NCBI GenBank assembly: GCA_034434835.1
Contig: DAOTXX010000152.1
Span: 5,594-69,593 of the forward strand
Source of the DNA: Thermoflexales bacterium
GTDB lineage: Bacteria > Chloroflexota > Anaerolineae > Fen-1058
Direction of reading: 5' to 3'
DNA: 64,000 nucleotides
A model generated the notes under the pieces. That model made no database searches, was not told the DNA's origin, and worked only from the letters and a program-made list of their open reading frames with translations. Within the stretch, counting starts at the first letter, position 1. Each line of letters begins with the position of its first letter. Made by a program: the position numbers and the translations under genes. Shown piece by piece: positions 1 through 8,076 of this stretch.

Positions 1-526
1 GATCGTAGGCCAGATAACGCACGCTCGCTTCCAGCGCCGCTTTGGCGACGCCCATCACGTTATAGTTGGGCATCACCTTCTGGCTGCCATAATACGTCAT
101 CGTCAGGATGCTGCCGCCATCGTTCATGATCGGCTCGGCCTCTTTGACCAGCGCGGTGAGCGAATAGACGCTGATGTCGAGCGCCAGGTGAAAGCCCTCG
201 CGCGTCGTCTTGAGGTACGGCCCGTCCAGCTCCTCGCGGTTGGCAAAGCCAATGCTGTGAACCAGGATGTCGAGTGTGCGGAAATGCTGCCGCGCTTTTT
301 CAAACAGCGACTTGATCTCGTAATCATGTCCCACATCGCACGGCTCGACAAAGTCAGCCTCGAGGCTTTCTGCCAACCCTCGCACGCGCCGCTCGAGCGA
401 CGGGCCAGCATAGCTCAAGCCCAGCTCCGCGCCTTCGGCATGCAGGGCCTGAGCAATTCCCCAAGCGATAGAATGATCGTTGGCGACCCCGAAAATCAAT
501 CCCTTCTTGCCGTCCAGTAAACCCAT
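1..526 (-). CDS. fabI: Enoyl-ACP reductase FabI (runs off the window edge)
   Basis: Not in the ORF track; my translation gives [26 protein letters not shown]... and ...[34 protein letters not shown]. Purine-rich RBS upstream. Confidence 0.95.
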   Translation of the reverse strand, partial: MGLLDGKKGLIFGVANDHSIAWGIAQALHAEGAELGLSYAGPSLERRVRGLAESLEADFVEPCDVGHDYEIKSLFEKARQHFRTLDILVHSIGFANREELDGPYLKTTREGFHLALDISVYSLTALVKEAEPIMNDGGSILTMTYYGSQKVMPNYNVMGVAKAALEASVRYLAYD

Positions 527-588
527 GTCCTCCTCCTGGCTATTGCGTGTTGCGTATTTCGTTCAGGTCAATCGTCTGCGGTCGGCGA

Positions 589-1185
589 TCACTTGGAAAC
601 AAACAGGCTGCCGCGCACATAGAATCGCCATGGCATAGACTTCCACGGCTCGGGCACCGAGTTCAAGCCGATGCGCTCGCTGGCTACAACGTCCTCGTCG
701 GCCACGGGCGGCGCCTCTTCGAGCCAGAGTTCCGCACCGCGCCGGGCGCACAGGTCCGCACCGTTGAGTGCGCGTGTGATGCATAGCGCCTGCGCCAGCC
801 TGGCCGGGCCGCTGCATAAATCAAACCCCGTGCGCCCCTTTCGGTTACGCTTCATGATCGAGATGCCTTCCAGCGGTTCCAGCGCGCGAATGAGCACAGC
901 GGCCGGAAAGCCTTCGACCTCCGTGACGATGTTGAACATCCAGTGCATCCCGTAGGTAAAGTAAACGTAGGCGTGGCCGGGCGGGCCAAACATCACCTCA
1001 TTGCGCGCTGTTCGCCCGACCGAAGCGTGGGAGCCTCTGTCTTCTTCGCCCATGTAAGCTTCGACTTCGACGATGCGACCGGCCAGCCGCTGGCCGTTCA
1101 GGCGACGCACCAATCGCTTGCCGAGCAGCAAACGCGCAACGGTCAATGTGTCCTGGGCAAAGAAATCGCGAGCAAGACGTGTCAC
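589..1185 (-). CDS. DNA-3-methyladenine glycosylase (MPG/AAG family)
   Basis: Motifs GRIVEVEAY, YVYFTYGMHW, AVLIRALEP, SGPARL, RIG, PWRF. GTG start chosen from the GGAAGGA RBS; the ORF track starts at 1257. Confidence 0.93.
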   Translation of the reverse strand: MTRLARDFFAQDTLTVARLLLGKRLVRRLNGQRLAGRIVEVEAYMGEEDRGSHASVGRTARNEVMFGPPGHAYVYFTYGMHWMFNIVTEVEGFPAAVLIRALEPLEGISIMKRNRKGRTGFDLCSGPARLAQALCITRALNGADLCARRGAELWLEEAPPVADEDVVASERIGLNSVPEPWKSMPWRFYVRGSLFVSK

Positions 1186-1321
1186 CGGGACTGTTCCTTC
1201 CTGCCTTGGGATGAAAAGTTGGGGAAAAGAGCCGTTTGACGGCGCGGGCAGAATCACCTAGAATTAGCCCTGACCGGCGAGGCCGAATGTAACACCGATT
1301 CGGCGGTTCGTCAACCGGCGC

Positions 1322-3772
1322 ATGGAGGGCACAATGATTTGGCTCAAGATGTGGTGGAGAATACTTTTACTCGGAGCAGCACTTGCGACGTGCGGCGCCA
1401 CTGGCCTCTCTGCGCCTCTCGCCGATGGCCCCGGGATCGGCGGGATCGTATTTGTGATCATCCTCGCCGTCGTCATCGTGATCGCCTGGCTGGGGCTTCG
1501 CTCGATCCGGGCGCGCCGAGGCAAACCAGGCGCGCCGCCGCCCCCATCGGCAGAGACACCTTCGCCGCCCGCTGTGGCCGAAACACCTCTCGCAGAGGCC
1601 CCCGTCGAAACGCAACCGGTGATGGCCTCCATCGAGACTCTAGCAGGAGAAACGGCTGTCGCTGAGCCGCAAGTGCTGGCGCCGCCTCAGGTCGAAGTAG
1701 CGCCCGAATCTGTAGAAACACCGCCCATGATCGAAACCCTGCGGGAGGTGGAGGCCCCTCCACTGCCCGAAGTGCCTCCTGTCGCCGCGGCGGTCGCGCC
1801 GACCCTGCGCCCGGTTTCGATGCCGACCGTTCCCCAATTCCTGGAAGTGACCACCATCGAGGGCAAGCTGCGCCGTTTCCCGCTGGATCGTGCCCGGCTG
1901 ACGATCGGGCGCGCGCTCGACAACGACATTGTGATCGGTGACGAATTTCCGGGCGCGACTTCGGTCGCCAATCACCACGCGCGCGTCGAAATTCGAGAGG
2001 CCTGGGTCATTGTCGAACCGGCCGGGCCCAACGCCCCGATCTTTGTCAATGGACAGCAGACCGGGCGCAACATTCTGCGGAATGGTTGGCGGTTGACGCT
2101 GGGTGACTGCGATCTCATCTTTCGCACCGCGGGCATCGGCACTGCGCCGCTGGCCGATTTCGAAGGCGAGGCAGCGACTTGGCCCGCGCCTCGTCCCTCG
2201 GTCTCGGAGGGCTTTGGGCTTCTGCCAGATGGCGCCGTGCTGACCAACAATTACATCGTCCTCGAGTCTCACAGCGAATCGCCCACACACAACACCTACG
2301 TGGCCGAGAGCCTGACGCCCGTGTTGGCCTGCGGCCAATGTGGGTTCGACGCGAATGACGCGCGGCAAAAGACCTGTCGCAATTGTGGCGCGTCGCTAGC
2401 CGACAGCGTGCCTTTCTATCCGCACTATCGCATCAAAGAGAGCGCAGAAGAAGGTGCACTCGACGCGGAACGGCAGCTCGTGGGGCTTAGCCATCCGAAC
2501 GCACTGCTCCCACGCCAGGCCTTTACGGAAGCGCCTGTTGGCGGCACACCACGTTACTATATCGTCGAACCGGAAGCGCCGCAACTGGCCGCCTCGCTGC
2601 GCGGCCCGCAAGAGATGCCGACGGTGTTGGAGTGGACCCATCATCTCGCGCAAGGCATGGCGTACCTGCACAGCCATGGTGTCTCGCTGGGGCCGATTGA
2701 CCTGTGGCGCATCGCCATCGAAGGCACACAGGCACACTGGGTGGATTTTTCCGCGTGCGAATTTGTGGACGAAGCACAACAGCCGACGCGCTTTGCCGCC
2801 GAAGTCCGCGCGCTGGCCGAGATCGCCTATCATCTGATCACCGGCAAGCGCCGCTACGACGAGTCGGTGGAGATTTCGCCGCCGGGGGTCGGAATGTTAT
2901 TCGACCGCATCCTGGGCGGGCTGAGCGTGCCAAGCGCCGCTGAGTTTGCCGAGGCGCTTCAAGCCGGGTTGGTCGAAGTCCGCCGCCCCACATCGCTGGA
3001 TGTGCGCGTGGGACGCCTGACCGACGTGGGCCAACTGCGTCAGCTCAACGAGGACAGCCTCCTCACGATCGAGATTGGCCGCGTGCGCCGCTCGATCAGC
3101 GAGCCGCTCGGGTTGTACGCGGTGTGCGATGGCATGGGAGGACACGCGGCAGGCGACGTGGCCTCGGGGCTGGCCGTGCAGACGCTCGCGCGCAAGGCGC
3201 TGGCCGAAGTGATGAGCGATGGCATCGCCGACGGCGCACCGCCCAACTGGGAAAGCTGGCTGAAAGGCGCGTTGCAAGAGGTGAATCAGGCGGTGTTTGG
3301 GCGCCGCCGCACTTCCGGCAATGACATGGGCACGACCTGTGTGGCCGCGATCGTTCACGGCGACACGGCCACCATCGCGCACGCGGGCGACAGTCGGGCT
3401 TATCTGGTCAACGAGCAAAGCATTCAGCTATTGACCCAGGATCACTCGCTGGTGCAGCGGCTGATCCAGTTGGGTCAGCTCACGCCTGAGGAGGCCCGCG
3501 TCCACCCTCGCCGCAACGTGATCTACAAGAACCTGGGCGACAAGGCTACGGTGGAGCCGGATATCCAAACGATCAAAGTTGCGCCGGGCGACCGGCTCTT
3601 GCTATGCTCCGATGGGCTGAACACCATGATGAGCGACGAGCGCATCCGGCAGCTCGTCATGTCGGCCTGCTCGCCTCAGGAAGCGTGCCAGCGTCTCGTC
3701 GAGGCGGCCAATCACGCTGGCGGCGAGGACAACATCAGCGTCATCCTCGTGCAAGTCGAGGCGTTGGATTGA
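1322..3772 (+). CDS. Membrane-anchored FHA / zinc-ribbon / kinase-like / PP2C phosphatase multidomain protein
   Basis: N-terminal hydrophobic segments, Pro/Glu linker, FHA (IGRALDNDIV...NHHARV...FVNG), CGQCG/CRNCG, LAYLH..DFS kinase-like lobe, and PP2C motifs DGMGGH, GDSR, CSDGL, GGEDNISV. Confidence 0.9.
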   Translation: MEGTMIWLKMWWRILLLGAALATCGATGLSAPLADGPGIGGIVFVIILAVVIVIAWLGLRSIRARRGKPGAPPPPSAETPSPPAVAETPLAEAPVETQPVMASIETLAGETAVAEPQVLAPPQVEVAPESVETPPMIETLREVEAPPLPEVPPVAAAVAPTLRPVSMPTVPQFLEVTTIEGKLRRFPLDRARLTIGRALDNDIVIGDEFPGATSVANHHARVEIREAWVIVEPAGPNAPIFVNGQQTGRNILRNGWRLTLGDCDLIFRTAGIGTAPLADFEGEAATWPAPRPSVSEGFGLLPDGAVLTNNYIVLESHSESPTHNTYVAESLTPVLACGQCGFDANDARQKTCRNCGASLADSVPFYPHYRIKESAEEGALDAERQLVGLSHPNALLPRQAFTEAPVGGTPRYYIVEPEAPQLAASLRGPQEMPTVLEWTHHLAQGMAYLHSHGVSLGPIDLWRIAIEGTQAHWVDFSACEFVDEAQQPTRFAAEVRALAEIAYHLITGKRRYDESVEISPPGVGMLFDRILGGLSVPSAAEFAEALQAGLVEVRRPTSLDVRVGRLTDVGQLRQLNEDSLLTIEIGRVRRSISEPLGLYAVCDGMGGHAAGDVASGLAVQTLARKALAEVMSDGIADGAPPNWESWLKGALQEVNQAVFGRRRTSGNDMGTTCVAAIVHGDTATIAHAGDSRAYLVNEQSIQLLTQDHSLVQRLIQLGQLTPEEARVHPRRNVIYKNLGDKATVEPDIQTIKVAPGDRLLLCSDGLNTMMSDERIRQLVMSACSPQEACQRLVEAANHAGGEDNISVILVQVEALD

Positions 3773-4209
3773 TGAATCTGCGCGTGCGTCGGATCGGGTT
3801 GGGTTCGGCGGCCCGGTTGGGGTTCGTCACCGGGGCGGTGACCGCTACGCCCGTCGGCGTCCTCCTCGCCTGGATCGTCCGCGTCGTCGTCAGCAACATG
3901 CGCCATCTCCTCGAAAGCTGGCAGCGCGTCACGATTGATCTGGGGATGCTGGGCAAATTTCAGATTGACCTGATCCCTTTGCTCAAGTTGAGTGATACTC
4001 TGGCCACGCTGCGCAAATTGGACGAACTGCCGGTGCTTGTCGTCGCCGCGATCTTTATCTTGATCGTGCTGGCCGCCGGGTTGTTCAACGCCCTCACCAG
4101 CGGCTGGCAGGCGTATGCCTATAACAGCATGGCCGCACTCTCGGGCGGATTGGAAGTGCAGGTAGAGCCAGCCGGCGAGGACAAGATCATCGTGCTGCGG
4201 AAAGGCTAG
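3772..4209 (+). CDS. Small membrane protein (DUF3566-like), coupled to the upstream gene
   Basis: ATG shares a base with the upstream TGA; MNLRVRRIGLGSAARLG...; two hydrophobic segments; ends AYNSMAALSGGLEVQV. Confidence 0.75.
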   Translation: MNLRVRRIGLGSAARLGFVTGAVTATPVGVLLAWIVRVVVSNMRHLLESWQRVTIDLGMLGKFQIDLIPLLKLSDTLATLRKLDELPVLVVAAIFILIVLAAGLFNALTSGWQAYAYNSMAALSGGLEVQVEPAGEDKIIVLRKG

Positions 4210-4949
4210 ACCTTTTCAACCACCAGAAAGTGCGAGAGGCCCAAGGCCCGCAGCGGCGTTCCTTCTGCGGCATACGTGATCGCGCGGACCATTCGCCCCA
4301 GGGTCGGCCGCCACCTGACAAGGTTATCGTAGCCGGGGTAGATTTGCGTGTGGACGATCACGCACACGGGCAATCCCTCGAACAGCGCGCGCAGTTGCTT
4401 CCCCGTGTACGCGCGGACGTGCGGAGCCAGCTTATTCCTCAACGCATCCGGCAGCCAGTTGACGAGCGCAAAGTTCCCAAAGTGATACACGCCTCGCCAA
4501 TAGATCCCATGCGTCTCAAAGAACCACCAACGATTGGGGACAAAGACGATCAACCGCCCGCCGGGTCGCAGGACGCGCACGGCCTCGCGCGCCGCTGCAC
4601 GGTCGTCATTCACGTGTTCTAAAACCTCGTGGCTGAGCACCACGTCGAAAAAGTTGTCCTCAAAGGGCAGCGCTTCGGCCGGAGCCACTTGAAGGTTGGG
4701 GAGTTCACGGCTGGCTTGAGCGATCCGCTCTGGATCAATGTCAACCCCATACACCTCGTCGGAGAACCGCCGCAACGCGCGCACATACAGCCCCAACCCA
4801 CAGCCGGCATCCAGGATGCGTTGGCCATCGAGTGGGACATACCGCTCAATCATCGCCAGGCGACGTTCCTGCCCAAAGCGCCAGACATAGCTGGGATGTC
4901 CCAGCGTGATGGACTTGTCAGCCAAGCTCGAAATCCTCTTTGTAGCCAA
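4206..4949 (-). CDS. Class I SAM-dependent methyltransferase
   Basis: ILDAGCGLG motif I, EALPFEDNFFDVV, EVLEHV, RVLRPGG. Confidence 0.92.
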   Translation of the reverse strand: MATKRISSLADKSITLGHPSYVWRFGQERRLAMIERYVPLDGQRILDAGCGLGLYVRALRRFSDEVYGVDIDPERIAQASRELPNLQVAPAEALPFEDNFFDVVLSHEVLEHVNDDRAAAREAVRVLRPGGRLIVFVPNRWWFFETHGIYWRGVYHFGNFALVNWLPDALRNKLAPHVRAYTGKQLRALFEGLPVCVIVHTQIYPGYDNLVRWRPTLGRMVRAITYAAEGTPLRALGLSHFLVVEKV

Positions 4950-5385
4950 AGCTCACGCTGTTGTCAATCCAGCGAATCCACTTGGGTGCGATGCGGTACA
5001 TCTTGAGGTTGGCGATGACATCCGTGAACGTCTCATAAAAGGGGAATTTGTCGCACATCAGCCGCCAGGCCCGATGGTGCTCGTCGGGATCGTCCACCGT
5101 TGCGGCCGTGCCATCCATCTGGAGCCCCCGAATCTTGTGCCAGTCCATAGACTCGATCCGGACCGCCACCGAAACCCGGGGATCGCGTTGGATGTTGCGG
5201 CTGTGACGCGCAGCGGGATCGGAATAGAAATACAGGTTCAGGTCCTCATCGGAGACAAAGTACACATCCGCCACGCGCGGCGCCCCGGTGGGGCTGGTCG
5301 TTGCGACCGACATGGAAATGCGTTGAGCTAAAAAGCTCTGGAATTTCTTGTGCCACTCGGGAGTCAATAGTGCCATCGGCGCCAC
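4918..5385 (-). CDS. Pyridoxamine 5'-phosphate oxidase-like (split-barrel FMN-binding) protein
   Basis: MSVATTSPTGAP, RHSRNIQRDPRVSV, RGLQMDG, WIRWIDNS. Confidence 0.85.
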   Translation of the reverse strand: MAPMALLTPEWHKKFQSFLAQRISMSVATTSPTGAPRVADVYFVSDEDLNLYFYSDPAARHSRNIQRDPRVSVAVRIESMDWHKIRGLQMDGTAATVDDPDEHHRAWRLMCDKFPFYETFTDVIANLKMYRIAPKWIRWIDNSVSFGYKEDFELG

Positions 5386-5395
5386 TCCATCCTAG

Positions 5396-5515
5396 GAGAG
5401 TGCTGAAAAACCCCTTCTTTCACCGCTGAGCGCGCAGAGAGCGCAGAGAAAACCTGACAAAACTCGGCGTCCTCAGCGGCCTCGGCGGTAGAAAGATGAC
5501 TTGTTCAGCGGTCTC
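5396..5515. mobile_element. MITE-like element with imperfect TIRs (GAGAGTGCTGAAAA / TGTTCAGCGGTCTC) enclosing a nonamer-repeat palindrome
   Basis: Inverted ends flanked by CTAG and CTGG; interior CACCGCTGAGCGCGCAGAGAGCGCAGAG...CTCGGCGTCCTCAGCGGCCTCGGCGGT. Confidence 0.55.
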
Positions 5516-5590
5516 CTGGTGCCACTCTGAGCCAGGAGGCCTTGGCTTGCAAGTCTTGGCCGCCGAGTGGCCCAGAACGAGAGAATCGTA

Positions 5591-6526
5591 TCATGCTCTT
5601 GACGACCTGAACTGTGGATCGCGCTCGAGCGTCAAGCCGAGTCCGGTGTCCAGGTCCACCTTGGGTGTAAAGTTGAGCAATTGCTGCGCTTTGGAGATGT
5701 CAGCACACAGCCGTGAAACGCCGCCGGTCTGGGCGCCGCTGTGCAGCACGTTCACCTTGCGACCGGTAACCCGGCTGATTTTCTCGACTAGCGCATTGAT
5801 GCTGATGTCGGTGCCCGACCCAATGTTGATGATCTGCCGATCTACGTTCCTGGCCGTCGCCGCGGCGACCAAGCCGTCCACCACATCGTCCACATACACG
5901 AAATCGCGGCTCTGTCGCCCATCGCCAAAAACCACCAGGCTTCCCCCGCCGAGCGACTGCTTGAGGAACTGCGGGATGACTGGCGCATGCGCCGGCGGCA
6001 CAGCTTGCCCTGGCCCATACGCATTGAATACGCGCAAGATCACCGTCTCGATGCCCCACAACTTGCCGATCGTACGGACATAGTGCTCGGAAGATACTTT
6101 GCTGGCGGCATAGGGCGAGCCGGGGTCGGGGCTGAAATCTTCACGCACGGGCTGCCGATCCTGCTCGCCGTACACAGCGCCGGACGACGTGAACACGACA
6201 CGCTTGACGCCCGCGTCACGCATCGCTTCCATCACGGCGACCGTCCCACCGACGTTGACCGCGTTATAGTCGCGCGGATAGAGAATGGATTCGGGCACGG
6301 ACACCCGCGCGGCGAGATGATACACACAGTCCACTCCCTGCAGCAACGTCCACAGCTTGGGCACGTCTGTGACATCGCCGCGTGTGAACATGACTTGCGA
6401 ATCGAGCCGCGCCGGATCGCCTGCGGACAGATCGTCGAGCACGCGAACGGTGTGACCGGCACGCGCCAGGCGGTTCGCCAGCGCCGCGCCCAAAAAGCCC
6501 GCGCCGCCTGTGACGAGAAATCTCAT
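5591..6526 (-). CDS. NAD-dependent epimerase/dehydratase (extended SDR, UDP-glucose 4-epimerase-like)
   Basis: TGGAGFLG, HLAA, SSGAVYG, YAASK, RDFVYVDD. Confidence 0.93.
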   Translation of the reverse strand: MRFLVTGGAGFLGAALANRLARAGHTVRVLDDLSAGDPARLDSQVMFTRGDVTDVPKLWTLLQGVDCVYHLAARVSVPESILYPRDYNAVNVGGTVAVMEAMRDAGVKRVVFTSSGAVYGEQDRQPVREDFSPDPGSPYAASKVSSEHYVRTIGKLWGIETVILRVFNAYGPGQAVPPAHAPVIPQFLKQSLGGGSLVVFGDGRQSRDFVYVDDVVDGLVAAATARNVDRQIINIGSGTDISINALVEKISRVTGRKVNVLHSGAQTGGVSRLCADISKAQQLLNFTPKVDLDTGLGLTLERDPQFRSSRA

Positions 6527-6660
6527 GGGATGTCCTGTACTAAATGTCGAGTCTCAAAAGACCATGGATTGATGAGGTGCGGAATGAGATTATAGCACAG
6601 GCACAGTCTCTGTGGAATATGCAATATACCCAACGCGGGCACAAATTGCGCTTTTCTCAC

Positions 6661-6746
6661 GTCAACGAATATTGAACGAATAAACGAATAGGCCCGCTGG
6701 CCGCGCTCATTCGTTGATTCGTTGCGCCGAAGGCGATTCGTTGACA
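6661..6746. repeat. Palindromic element built from ACGAAT repeats
   Basis: GTCAACGAAT...ATTCGTTGAC inverted ends; a related copy lies at about 10888-10962. Confidence 0.6.
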
Positions 6747-6816
6747 GGGATGAGAACGAACACAAAAGCGCAAAACATGACCGTGCTCAGTATAGCAATA
6801 TACCTGCCTTGACATC

Positions 6817-6845
6817 TTGACGCCTCACAGCGAGTGTGATAAAAT
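6817..6845 (+). promoter_or_regulatory. Sigma70-type promoter P1
   Basis: TTGACG-17 bp-TAAAAT with TG in the extended -10 position. Confidence 0.75.
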
Positions 6846-6905
6846 CTGGTCAACTTTGAGGATTATGCCTCAAGATACTTGACCAAGCGAGATGGAGAGC
6901 CGGGC

Positions 6906-7061
6906 ATGAAAGCCAGGCTGCATGTCTATCAATCTATAACCGGATGTTCAGGCTGCCCGATGCAGCAGCCCGATGCGTCGTTTGCCACGCGCTGGGCAGG
7001 CGTCATCGTGCTCAGCCTGGGCAATGCGGACCTTGGCGCCAAAGGAGGTGGGCAGGGCTAA
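6906..7061 (+). CDS. Putative 51-aa leader peptide (MKARLHVYQSITGCSGCP...GGGQG)
   Basis: GGAGAG RBS upstream of the ATG; stop codon lies inside an antiterminator-like hairpin. Could instead be a non-coding structured RNA. Confidence 0.4.
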   Translation: MKARLHVYQSITGCSGCPMQQPDASFATRWAGVIVLSLGNADLGAKGGGQG

Positions 7062-7087
7062 ATCTACCTGCTGCCCATGTTCCTTTT

Positions 7088-7124
7088 GGCGCAAGGCCCC
7101 CTCGGGTCTTGCGCCTTTTTATTT
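7088..7124 (+). terminator. Intrinsic terminator with a competing antiterminator
   Basis: GGCGCAAG-GCCCCCTCGGGT-CTTGCGCC followed by TTTTTATTT; 7031-7046 can pair with 7081-7096. Confidence 0.8.
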
Positions 7125-7151
7125 GTACGTTACAAACCAGCCGTATATGTT
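7123..7151 (+). promoter_or_regulatory. Possible second promoter P2
   Basis: TTGTAC-17 bp-TATGTT. Confidence 0.4.
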
Positions 7152-7295
7152 TTGTTCTATGTTTGAGGTGTTGGCTCAAGACGGCCCCCTCCCTCGCCTT
7201 TCCACCTGCTGGGAGCGGGGGGATGGAGAGGGAGGAGGCGATTGAGCCGGGGCGGGCGGCGAACAGGCCACCAGGCACACCGTCGCCCGCCATGT

Positions 7296-7339
7296 GGAGA
7301 TGCTGGCGCGCGTGAGAGGTTCGATTCCTCTCATCTCCA
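7296..7339 (+). ncRNA. tRNA-like minihelix (acceptor stem plus T arm, no D or anticodon arm)
   Basis: GGAGATG/CATCTCC 7-bp acceptor stem, 12-nt linker, AGAGG-TTCGATT-CCTCT T arm, discriminator A, no encoded CCA. Confidence 0.65.
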
Positions 7340-7342
7340 TCT

Positions 7343-7525
7343 GGGACACGGGTGACCTTCGAGGGTCATCGCCCGAATCGTCGCTTGCGCCCGGCGCTGA
7401 ACCGGGATACACTTGCGGCGAGGGAACTCTGAGTGTTCAGTGGTGACGGGGGCCGGCCCCGCTCGATGTCCCACGATCGTTCTGTATGTTGCGTGCCGCA
7501 GGTCAGCCTGGCCTGCGGCACGCGA
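7343..7525 (+). ncRNA. Multi-branched structured RNA or leader upstream of the HNH gene
   Basis: GGGACA/TGTCCC closes 3-4 hairpins (7343-7472); a ~17-bp hairpin (7488-7526) ends just before the RBS. Confidence 0.45.
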
Positions 7526-7547
7526 CGGAGTAAGAGGTACTGCCAAC

Positions 7548-8036
7548 ATGCATCGAGTGCTTGTCCTCAACGCGACCTATGAGCCGCTCAACACAGTGAG
7601 TATGCCGCGCGCAGTAGCCTTGCTCCTGGCCGACAAAGCCGAGATCGTCGAGGCGGCCGAGGCTCAACTGCGCAGTCAGTATCTCACCCTGCCGATGCCG
7701 CTGGTCATCCGGCTGGTCACCTACGTGCGCATCCCGCGTATGTTGCCGCTGGCCGTCACGCGACGCGGCGTGCTCAAGCGTGACAACTATACCTGCCAGT
7801 ACTGCGGACGGACGCAGGCCTCGGCCGAGCTCACACTCGACCATGTCGTACCGCGCAGTCGGGGCGGCAAGAACGTCTGGGAAAACGTCGTGGCTGCGTG
7901 CAAGCCCTGCAACCATCGCAAGGGCAACCGCACGCCCGGCGAGGCGCATATGCGCCTGCTCCGCCAGCCGTTCCGCCCGCGCTACCTTGCGTTGGTCGTC
8001 GTAGATATGCCGCCTGTGTGGCACAAGTATCTGTAA
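7548..8036 (+). CDS. Stand-alone HNH endonuclease (zinc-finger HNH, McrA-like fold)
   Basis: VLVLNATYEPL N-terminus, RDNYTCQYCG, TLDHVVPRSRGG, WENVVAACKPCNHRKG. Confidence 0.95.
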   Translation: MHRVLVLNATYEPLNTVSMPRAVALLLADKAEIVEAAEAQLRSQYLTLPMPLVIRLVTYVRIPRMLPLAVTRRGVLKRDNYTCQYCGRTQASAELTLDHVVPRSRGGKNVWENVVAACKPCNHRKGNRTPGEAHMRLLRQPFRPRYLALVVVDMPPVWHKYL

Positions 8037-8076
8037 ACTCTCCCTCCCCTGTCCGTTGGGACAGGGGAGGGTTGGA

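Noticed and set aside
6903-7027. 6S RNA
   Set aside because: A long hairpin with a one-sided bubble is present, but I cannot match 6S consensus features and the segment also has an RBS-led ORF. Not called without an Rfam scan.
7143-7160. LexA box
   Set aside because: Only one GAAC half-site; the other half does not fit GAAC-N4-GTTC.
7296-7339. Complete tRNA or tmRNA gene
   Set aside because: Only 12 nt separate the acceptor 5' strand from the T arm, so there is no D arm, anticodon arm or tag-coding region. Kept as a minihelix instead.
7548-8036. IscB/HEARO-type RNA-guided HNH
   Set aside because: The 162-aa protein has no PLMP start and no split RuvC motifs.
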